From positions 111,230,001 through 111,294,000 of the forward strand of contig CM059432.1 of NCBI GenBank assembly GCA_030390025.1: a stretch of DNA of 64,000 nt, given 5' to 3'. Source of the stretch: Squalus acanthias (lineage: Eukaryota). The position numbers and the translations under genes were made by a program. This document shows, in pieces, positions 23,257-33,400 of this stretch. Within the stretch, counting starts at the first letter, position 1. The number at the start of each line of letters is the position of its first letter. The notes beneath the pieces were generated by a model. That model worked only from the letters and a program-made list of their open reading frames with translations, had not been told where the DNA came from and made no database searches.

Positions 23257-26050
23257 CTCACTGACACACTTCCCTCTTTCTTGCAGGAGAAGGTGGCGCA
23301 CAACTGGAGGCAGCAGGAGCTAACCGGTGGGGCAGAAGCACGCCTGCATGTCCTTACCCCCATGGAGGACACAGTGCTGACCATCATGGGAAGGGGCATG
23401 CTGAGGCCGTGGCACCGGCAGGGCTGAAGCGTTTGATGATGAAGATATCCGCATACCTAATCCTCCTTCTTTCATCCCACTTCTCCCTCATCCCTCAACC
23501 TCTTCTGACTGAGAGGCTGCAGAGGGTGTAAGCACACACTTCTTACTGTCTTCTTTCCCCTCGCCACAACCCAACCCTTGTCCCTTTTTCATTTCAGGAA
23601 CCTGCCCTGTCAGTGGAGGACATTGAAGATGAAGGTGAAGATAAAGTGATACCATCACTCAATCTGAGTCGCAGCCAGCAACTCAGAGACTGACACTGTG
23701 CATATTTTAGAGGCTAGGATAGAGGAAAGGATCTGCATATGGTGAGACACCGGGCATAAGTGCCCAGGAGCCAGGGTGGGGGGGGGAGGAAAGAACAGCG
23801 CAGGTGCCAGCTCGCCGGACGGCAAGGCCGCACACTAGTTCTGCTGCAGAGGAGTCATATTAGGACTTCGATGGGCCAGGCTGCAGAAGAAGGCTGATGG
23901 ATGAACACACCCAAACGCTTGGTGCACTGGAAAACCTGCTAGATAGCCTGCGCTCAATGTCAAGGAGCATGGAGGAGTCCAGCACCAACTTGGCACAGAG
24001 GTTAGCGCAGAGCTTGGAACCCATCCCTTCCAACATGGAAGTGGTGGCCAACTCCATCAGCCCACTTGTGGACATGATGCAGCATCTTATGGCCAATGTC
24101 ACAGCTTCCATTGCAGCACAAGCAGCTTCCACTCTATGTGTGAGTACGGCAATGGAAGCTCAGACTGCGGCCATGCAAGCTCGGACTGCTGCCATCATGG
24201 CTCTGGCTACCTGTGCTCAAAGGGACTTCCAGCGCATCACAGCAGTCCAGCGATCTAAGCGCCACAGTCACCTTGACAGCCACTGGAAATGTGGTCCTTA
24301 CCCTGCTTTGTGGTTGGAGTTGTGGCTGTAGCAGTTGGCAGATTCCAGTCACAACCTCTTTGGTGAAGTGAAGACATTGCTGAAGTTCAGGTAAGAGAAT
24401 TGCTCCCTAAAAGCCCTGGGAAAATATGGCCTCCAGCTGAGAGCCCTTCTCCCCCCCTCCTCCTCCCTCTTCTAGCAGCTTGTCCTGCTCTGTGTGGCCT
24501 CTCTTCATTCTCCCAGTCATGCTCAATTCCCAAAGGAATCTCTACCAGGCCACCCATGTGTGGAAGCAACTTGTTTCAGTACAAGCCTTTAAAACACCAA
24601 AAAAGTACTTCAACAGCAGCCAGACCACTCCCTGTAAACTATTGCAACTTTAGCCAAGTATAGGAAAGCTCCAAAAATGCTTACAATTGCACCAACAGCC
24701 AGAAGAAATAATCCAGCAACTAATTTGTAAGTAGTAAAGGAGGAAGGGAGACAGAGAGTGAGGGAATGATGTAGAACAGCAATGGGAAGCATTTAAAATG
24801 GTGTTCAACAGAGCCCAGGAAAAATATATTCCACTAAAAAATAAGAACAAACTAAACACGAATGAGACATCATGGATGAATAAAGCCATAAGGGAACAAT
24901 TGAGGGTAAGGAAAGAGGCACACATTAAGTACATAGACAACAGGGGAGAGCAAGATAAGGGAAAATATGAAGAGATGAGGAGAGAAGTCAAAAAAACAAT
25001 TAAATTATCAAGGAACATAAAACAAAATAGTAAAATGTTCTACAGGACATAAATAAAAAAGGAAAGTTGGGAAGGGACAGTCAGGATAAAATCACAGGCA
25101 GCGATAACAAAATGGCAGGAATATTAAATATTAAACAATTAATTTGCTTCAGTATTTATCAGGGAGATGGATCAAGTGGACCAGAAGATGAGATTACAAA
25201 TTATATAACCACATTTAAAATAAAAAGAGGAGAAATATTAAATAAACTAATCAAACTCAAAGAGGATAAAACCCCTGGTGCAGACGTATTGCATCTGCAC
25301 ATTCTAAAATAATCTAGGGAAGAGATAGCAGAGGCACTATTACACATATTGAATAATTAATTGGAAAAAGGTGTAGTGCCAGAGGACTGGTGGATAGCTA
25401 ACATAATACCGATATTTAAAAAGGGGGATAGAACATGTCCAGCGAACTATAGACCAGTCAGCTTAACATCGGTAGTAAGAAAAATAATGGAATGCCTACT
25501 AAAGGAGTAAATAGAAAAACATCTAGAAACCAAAAATATAATAATGAATAGTATACATGGATTTCAAAAGGGAAAGTCTTGCTTTACCAGCCTTATTGAA
25601 TTTTTTGAAGAGGAAACAGAGAGTGCAGACTGTAATGCAGTAGATGTAATATATCTAGATTTCCAAAAGGCCTTCGATAAGGTACCACATAATAGACTGA
25701 TGAACAAGGTCAGAGAATGCGGAGTCGGGGACAAGTAACAAAATGGATAGCTGGTTGGCTGAAAGACAGCAAGCAGAGAGTAGGGGTAAAGAGTAGCTAT
25801 TCAGAGTGGCAGAAGGTAGGAAGTGGGGTCCCACAAGGATCAGTGCTGGGACCACTGTTGTTCACAATTTATATAACGATTTAGACTTTGGAACCAAAAA
25901 CACAAATTCTAAATTTGTGGATGACACCAAATTGGGAGGGATAGTCAACAATGAGGAGGTTGGCAACAAATTACAAGAAGACGTTAATAAACTTGCAAAT
26001 TGGGCATATAATTGGCAAATGAATTTCATCATAGATAAGTGTGAGGTAAT

Positions 26051-26908
26051 GGCCTAGAAATTCGGGTGGCCGGCTTGCCGTGGGGGTAAGGATCGCGCGC
26101 GCTCTTACCTACCGCGCCTGCCGTTGTGTTTCGGGCCCACAGGAACTTCGGGTCCTGGGCCTCTCCCAAGAGCCGGCGCGCAGTGCTTGCGTGTCCCAGG
26201 GGCGCAGTTAGTGCGATCCCACCAGCTATCCATTTTGTTACTTGTCCCCGACTCCGCATTCTCTGACCTTGTTCATCAGTCTATTATGTGGTACCTTATC
26301 GAAGGCCTTTTGGAAATCTAGATATATTACATCTACTGCATTACAGTCTACACTCTCTGTTTCCTCTTCAAAAAATTCAGGGAGACCTGTCAAATCTGTG
26401 AATTGAAATCGGCCCCAAAAGAACAGCTAAACTTAAAATAAATTTTTTTTAAAAACCATCACATTTATAAAATAACTATAGTTAAATAAATTAACCACTT
26501 TAAACAAAAATTTAAATTTTTGAAAAAATTAAAATACTTTTTAAAAGTTATAAAAATAAACTTACCTTTCTTTAAAGTATCTAAAAAAGATAAACCTGTT
26601 GAAATTTTTTTTAAATTATACTTAATTAACCACTTACCTTGTTCAAAAGGAGTCTTATGCCTCCTTTTTATTAGCGTAGTATCTTCCATACTTACCCTCG
26701 CGTAGAAACCTGAAAAAAAAATCTAAGTGTGCTGCGTGTGCGCAGCCTCTAGCGCGCACGCGGTTCACCTAGGAACCACCCCCTTCACCATACCGGAAGT
26801 TCCGGTTTCCCGCGCATGCGCAGTGCATGCAGGAAACCGGCACTTCGGGAAGCAATACGGGTGAGTACACACTGTGTACTCACGCGGGAAGGGCCGAATT
26901 TTTGGGCC
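26051..26908. mobile_element. Harbinger-type MITE with AT-rich core
   Basis: TIRs GGCCTAGAAATTCGG / CCGAATTTTTGGGCC. Confidence 0.8.
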
Positions 26909-27004
26909 ATTATGTTAAACTTGTATCGAACCTTGATTAGACCACACTTGGAGTACTGTGAACAGTTCTGGTCGCCGTATTATAAAAAGGACATAGAGTC
27001 TATC

Positions 27005-27306
27005 AGTCTAAGGATAAGGGGTAAGCCATTCAGGACTGAGATGAGGAGGAATTTCTTCACCCAGAGAGTGGTGAACCTGTGGAATTCTCTACCACAGAAG
27101 TCAGTTGAGGCCAATTCATTAAATATATTCAAGAAGGAGATAGATATATTTCTTAAGGCTAAAGGGATCAAGGGATATGGGGAGAAAGCAGGGACAGGGT
27201 ACTGAATTTGGATGATCAGCCATGATCTCATTAAATGGCGGAGCAGGCTCGAGGGGCTGAATGGCCTACTCCTGCTCCTACCTTCTATGTTTCTATGTTT
27301 CTATGT
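27005..27306 (+). mobile_element. CR1 3' end (about 300 bp)
   Basis: Near-identical to 50900-51192, with (CTATGTTT)n tail. Confidence 0.9.
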
Positions 27307-28033
27307 CACTGGAGAGGGTGCAAAAAAGATTTACAAGGATGATACCAGAAATGCGAGGTTATACCTATCAGGAAAGGATAAACAGGCTGGGTCTCTTTTC
27401 TCTTGAAAAAAGAAGGCTGAGGGGTGACTTAATAGAGGTCTTTAAAATTATGAAAGGTTTTGATAGAGTAGGCACAGAGAGAGAGATTCCACTTGTGGGA
27501 AAGAGCAAAACTAGAGGCCATCTATACAAGATAGTCACCAAGAAATCAAATAGGGAATTGAGAAGAAACTTCTTTACCCAAAGAGTGGTGAGAATGTGGA
27601 ACATAGAATCACAGAATCATACAAAGTTACAGCACAGAAGGAGGCCATTTTGGCCCATCGTGTCCGCGCCGGCCAACAAAGAGCTATCCAGCCTAATCCC
27701 ACTTCCCAGCTCTTGGTCCGTAGCCCTACAGGTTACAGCATTCCAAGTGCACATCCAAGTACTTTTTAAATGTGGTTAGGGTTACTCCTCTACCACCCTT
27801 TCAGGCAGTGAGTTCCAGACCCCCACAACCCTCTGGGTGAAGAAATTTCCCCTCAAATCCCCTCTAAACCTTCCACCAATTACTTTAAATCTGTGCCCCC
27901 TGGTTTTTGTCCCTCTGCTAAGAGAAATAGGTCCTTTCTATCCACTTTATCTAGGCCCTTCATAATTTTATACACCTCAATAAGGTCTCCCCTCAGCCTT
28001 CTCTGTTCCAAGGAAAACAAACCCAGCCTATCC

Positions 28034-29446
28034 TTTGAGAAGGTAACTAAGTGTGTAGATGAAGGTAGAGCAGTTGATGTCGTATACATGGATTTTAGTA
28101 AGGCGTTTGATAAGGTTCCCCATGGTCGGCTCATGAAGAAAGTAAGGAGTTGTGGGATCGAGGGAAATTTGGCCGATTGGATAAGTAACTGGCTATCTCA
28201 TAGAAATGAGAAGTCGCACAACACCAGGTTATAGTCCAACAGTTTTACTTCACCTGAGGAAGGGGCCACGTAAGCTCCAAAAGCTTGTGATTTCAAATAA
28301 AACTGTTGGACTATAACCTGGTGTTGTGCGACTTCTCATTTTTGTCCACCCCAGTCCAACACCGGCATCTCCGCATCATATCTCATAGAAGGCAGAGGGT
28401 GGTGGTGGATGGAAAATTTTTGGACTGGAGACCAGTTACCAGCGGTGTGCCACAGGGGTCGGTGCTGGGTCCTCTGCTGTTTGTGATTTTTATCAATGAC
28501 TTGGAGGAGGGGACTGAAGGGTGGATCAGTAAATTTGCTGATGACACCAAGATTGGTGGAGTAGTGGATGAGGTGGAGGGCTGTTGTAGGCTGCAAAGAG
28601 ACATTGATAGGATGCAGAGCTGGGCCGAAAAATGGCAGATGGAATTTAACCCTGATAAGTGCGAGGTGATTCATTTTGGTAGGGCAAATTTGAATAAGGA
28701 TTACAGGGTCAACGGCAGGGTTCTGAGGAACGTGGAGGAACAGAGGGATCTGGGGGTTCATATCCACAGATCTCTGAAGGTTGCCACTCAAGTGGATAGA
28801 GCAGTAAAGAAGGCCTATAGTGTGTTAGCGTTTATTAACAAGGGGTTTGAGTTTAAGAACGGTGAGGTTATGCTGCAACTGTACAGGACCTTGGTGAGAC
28901 CACATTTGGAATATTGTGTGCAGTTCTGGTCACCTCACTATAGGAAGGACGTGGAAGCATTGGAAAGAGTGCAAAGGAGATTTACCAGGATGCTGCCTGG
29001 TTTGCGGGGGAGGTCTTATGAGGAAAGACTGAGGGAGCTAGGGCTTTTCTCTTTAGAGCGGAGGAGGATGAGAGGCGACTTAATAGAGGTTTATAAGATG
29101 ATGAGGGGGATAGATAGAGTGGATGTTCAGAGACTATTTCCTCGGGTAGATGTAGCTGTTACAAGGGGGCATAACTATAAGGTGCATGGGGGGAGATATA
29201 GAAGGGATGTCCGAGGTAGATTCTTTACTCAGAGAGTGGTTGGGGTGTGGAATGGACTGCCTGCTGTGATAGTGGAGTCAGACACTTTAGGAACTTTCAA
29301 GCGGTTATTGGATAAGCACATGGAGCACACCAGAATGATAGGGAGTGGGATAGCTTGATCTTGGTTTCGGACAATGCTCGGCACAACATCGAGGGCCGAA
29401 GGGCCTGTACTGTGCTGTACTGTTCTATGTTCTATGTTCTATGTTC
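28034..29446 (+). mobile_element. CR1 LINE, 5'-truncated
   Basis: YMDFSKAFDKV, GVPQGSVLGP, FADD, stop at 29358, (TTCTATG)n tail. Confidence 0.93.
28206..28378 (+). mobile_element. Penelope-like pLTR hairpin, second copy
   Basis: Same sequence family as 17705-17923. 12-bp duplication TATCTCATAGAA at 28194-28205 and 28379-28390. Hammerhead core with GAAA changed to AAAA. Confidence 0.8.
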
Positions 29447-29831
29447 TGTCCAGTCTTTCCTCATAGCTAAGATTCTCTACTCCCGGCAACATCCTTGTAA
29501 ATTTCCTCTGTACCCTCTCTGGTGCAATCACATGTTTCCAGTAATGTGGTGACCAGAACTGCACGCAGTACTCTAGCTGAGGTCTAACTAGTGTTTTATA
29601 CAGTTGAAGCATAGCCCCCCTGCTCTTGTAGTCTATGCCACGGCTAATAAAGGCAAGCACCTGAAGCCAGAGAGGATTGGAAAATGATGGTCAGGGCCTC
29701 TGCTATTTCCTCTTTTGCTTCGCTTAACAGCCTGGGATACATTTCGTATGGGCCTGGGGATTTATCCACTTTTAAAGCTGCTAAACCCCTTAATACTTCC
29801 TCTCTCACTATGTTTATTTCATCTAATATCT

Positions 29832-30333
29832 CATGATGCGGAGATACCGGCGTTGGACTGAGGTGGACAAAAATGAGAAGTCGCACAACACCAGGTTGGA
29901 CTATAACAGGGACCCGGGTTCGAATCTGACCTCGGGTGACTGTCTGTGTGGAGTTTGCACATTCTCCCCGTGTCTGCGTGGGTTTCCTCCGGGTGCTCCG
30001 GTTTCCTCCCACAGTCCAAAAATGTGCGGGTTAGGTTGATTTGGCTATGATAAATTGACCCTTAGTGTTAGGGGGATTAAATATGTGGGGTTATGGGGAT
30101 AGGATGGGATATGTTAGGGGGAATTAAATACGTGGGGTTACGGGGATAGGGTGGTATATGTGTCGGTGCAGGCTCGATGGGGATTCTGTGTGAGGGGGCA
30201 GGGACAGGGTGCTGGATTTGGATGATCAGCCATGATCGTATTGAATGGTGGAGCAGGCTCGACGGGCCGAATGGCCTACTCCTGCTCCTAGATTCTATGT
30301 TTCTATGTAACCTGGTGTTGTGCGACTTCTCAT
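29832..30333 (-). mobile_element. Penelope-like pLTR hairpin, third copy, containing a SINE
   Basis: TTTCATCTAATATCT at 29817-29831 and 30334-30348. Same tail and arms as the other copies. Confidence 0.78.
29908..30307 (+). mobile_element. V-SINE-like SINE, 5'-truncated
   Basis: Matches 10749-11141. TAAC on both sides. Confidence 0.88.
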
Positions 30334-30783
30334 TTTCATCTAATATCTGACACTCCTCCTTCCTGATAGCAATGTGCTTCGCCCCTCTCCTTTGTGAAAA
30401 CAGTCGCAAAGTATTCATTAAGAACCCTACCGACGTCTCCCGCCTCCACACACAGATTACCCTCATGATCTCTAATAGGCCCTACCCTTTCTTTAGTTAT
30501 CCTCTTACTCTTAATATAATTATAAAACATCTGAAGCCAGAGAGCATTGGAAAATGATGGTCAGGGCCTCTGCTATTTCCTCTTTGTTTCCTCAGGGAGT
30601 GGTTGAAGCGAATAGTATAGATGCATTTAAGGGGAGGCTAGATAAACATATGAGAGATAAGGGAGTAGAGGGATACGCTGACCGAGTTAGATGAGGAAGG
30701 ATGGGAGGAGACTTGAGGGGAGCATAAACACCGGCATGAACTGGTTGGGCCGAATGGCCTGTTTCTGTGCTGTATATTCTAAT

Positions 30784-31450
30784 ACCGCCTATTTCCACCT
30801 CCGTAACATCGCCCGTTTCCACCCTTGCCTCAGCTCACCGCTGCTGAAACCTTCATTCATGCCTTTGTTACCTCTAGACTTGACTATTCCAACGCACTCC
30901 TGGACAGCCTCCCACATTCTACCCTACGTAAACTTGAGGTCATCCAAACTTGGCTGCCCGTGTCCTAACTCGCACCAAGTCCCGTTCATTCATCACTCCT
31001 GTGCTCGCTGACCTATATTGGCTCCCGGTTAAGCAATGCCTCGATTTCGAAATAGTCATCCTTGTTTTCAAATCCCTCCATGGCCTCGCCCTTCCCTATC
31101 TCTGTAATCTCCTTCAGTCCCACAACCCCCCGAGATATCTGCACTCCTCTAATTCTGCCCTCTTGTGCATCCCTGATTATTATTGCTCAACCATTAGTGG
31201 CCGTGTCTTCTGTTGCCTAGGCCCTAAGCTTTGGAATTCCCTCCTTAAACCTCTCCGCCTCTCTACCTCTCTCTCCTCCTTTAAGACACTCCTTAAAACC
31301 TACCTCTTTGACCAAGCTTTTGGTCATCTGCCCTAATTGCTCCCTATGTGGCTCGGTGTTAATTTTTTTGTCTTGTAACACTCCTGTGAAGCACGTTGGG
31401 ATGTTTTACTACGTTAAAGGCGCTATATAAATACAAGTTGTTTGTTGTTG
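30784..31450 (+). mobile_element. L2 LINE 3' portion
   Basis: AYFHLRNIAR, ITPVLADLYWLPV, KLWNSL. Tail aaaggcgctatataaatacaag(ttg)n. Confidence 0.85.
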
Positions 31451-31789
31451 TAATCCTATGTATTTCATGATCCCTTTAAATAGCACTGGTAGGGGGTTCT
31501 TCATGTTGTTTAACGTCGTGTTGAGCTGTGGGAGGTTAAGAGAATGCGTAGGCCACAGCGTGGAGCTCGAAAATGGTAGCGCTAGTGTCAACTCAGCATT
31601 GCACACTGATTAATGTCATGATCTGCCTGCTGTCGTCGGTCATTAGGTGCATGTGTGCAAACCCCTTTACAAATATGGCGTCCCGCGCATTTCCTGTCAG
31701 ATGTGTGCACGCGCATTGTGGATGCCATTTTCAAAAATTAGGAGGTCTCTTAGCACCCAGATTGAGGAAAATGGTAAAAGTGATGCAGA

Positions 31790-32222
31790 AGGTATTAAAT
31801 TATATGTACTTCAATGTCCGTAGTGTAACTAATAAGGCTGGTAAGCTGCCGGCACAAGTTGCCGCATGGGATTAACAGAGACATGGCTCAAACAAGGCCA
31901 GGAATGGGTTCTTAATGTTCCTGGTTACCAAATATTTAGGAATGATAGAGAAGGAAAAAGAGGAGGGGGCATGGCTGTATTGATTAAGGATGATGTTACA
32001 GTTCTAAATAGAAAGGATGTACTAGATGGTTCTAGGCTTGAATCTATTTGGCTTGAGTTGAGGAACAGAGGGAGATCTGTTACATTGTTGGGAATTTTTT
32101 ATAGAGCTCCAATCAGTGAGAAGGAGACAGATGAGCAAATTTATTGGCAAATTTCAAAGGTGTGTAACAAAAATAGAGTAGTGATATTAGGAGACTTTAA
32201 TTACCCTAATATAGACTGGGAA
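31790..32222 (+). mobile_element. CR1 endonuclease fragment
   Basis: TETWL, DREGKRGGG, ILGDFNYP. Confidence 0.85.
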
Positions 32223-32468
32223 AACACTCCACTGGCTATGTCATAACTAGCACAAAGGAAGATGGTTGTGGTGGTTGGAGGTCAATCATCACAGCCCCAG
32301 GACATCGCTGCAGGAGTTCCTCAGGACAGTGTCCTAGGCCCAACCATTTTCAGCTGCTTCATCAATGACCTTCCCTCCATCATAAGGTCAGAAGTGGGGA
32401 TGTTCGCTGATGACTGCACAGTGTTCAGTGCCATTTGCAACTCCTCAGATAATGAAGCAGTCCATGCC
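32223..32468 (+). mobile_element. RT fragment of the tRNA-headed LINE family
   Basis: High similarity to 22172-22420 (QDIAAGVPQ, MFADD). Confidence 0.85.
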
Positions 32469-32473
32469 GCAAC

Positions 32474-33400
32474 AGCAGCGAGAGGATAAAGAGTGGCCCG
32501 AGAGCGGACCGGAATTAAAGCAGCGGCGAGAGGATAAAGAGCGGCCCAAGAGCTGACTGGAATTAAAGCAGCAGCGAGAGGATAAAGAGCGGCCTGAGAG
32601 CGGACCTGAATTAAAGCAGTGGCGAGAGGATAAAGAGCAGCCCAAGAGCTGACTGGAATTAAAGCAGCGGCGAGAGGATAAAGAGCGGCCCGAGAGCGGA
32701 CCTGAATTAAAGCAGTGGCGAGAGGATAAAGAGCGGCCCGAGAGCGGACCGGAATTAAAGCAGCGGCGAGAGGATAAAGAGCGGCCCAAGAGCTGACTGG
32801 AATTAAAGCAGCAGCGAGAGGATAAAGAGCGGCCCGAGAGCGGACCTGAATTAAAGCAGTGGCGAGAGGATAAAGAGCGGCCCAAGAGCTGACTGGAATT
32901 AAAGCAGCGGCGAGAGGATAAAGAGCGGCCCGAGAGCGGACCTGAATTAAAGCAGTGGCGAGAGGATAAAGAGCGGCCCGAGAGCGGACTGGAATTAAAG
33001 CAGCGGCGCGAGGATAAAGAGCGGCCCGAGAGCGGACCGGAATTAATGCAGTGGCGAGAGGGTAAAGAGCGGCCCGAGAGCGGACCGGAATTAAAGCAGC
33101 GGCAGTGGCGAGAGGATAAAGAGCGGCCCGAGAGCTGACTGGAATTAAAGCAGCGGCGAGAGGATAAAGAGCGGCCCGAGAGCGGACCGGAATTAAAGCA
33201 GTGGCGAGAGGATAAAGAGCGGCCTGAGAGCGGACCGGAATTAAAGCAGCGGCGAGAGGATAAAGAGCGGCCTGAGAGCGGACCGGAATTAAAGCAGCGG
33301 CGAGAGGATAAAGAGCGGCCTGAGAGCGGACCGGAATTAAAGCAGCGGCGAGAGGATAAAGAGCGGCCTGAGAGCGGACCGGAATTAAAGCAGCGGCAGC
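32474..33400 (+). repeat. 48-bp GC-rich tandem array, about 19 units, at the 5' end of a CR1
   Basis: Unit gcagcggcgagaggataaagagcggcccgagagcggaccggaattaaa. Confidence 0.95.

Larger units (their letters stand above)
27602..30590 (-). mobile_element. CR1 LINE, same family as 60521-62536, deleted and interrupted
   Basis: High identity to 60526-60945, 60943-61148 and 61987-62345. Confidence 0.88.
24740..30783 (+). mobile_element. Old CR1 LINE, fragmented by later insertions
   Basis: Degenerate ORF2 pieces at 24740-26050, 26908-26998, 27307-27601 and 30592-30783 are collinear. Confidence 0.8.
15550..31760 (+). mobile_element. Internally deleted Harbinger acting as host of a large nest
   Basis: Collinear pieces at 15550-15940, 17349-17589, 19959-20080, 23257-24735 and 31466-31760 match the less interrupted relative at 45738-52100. 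Confidence 0.75.
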
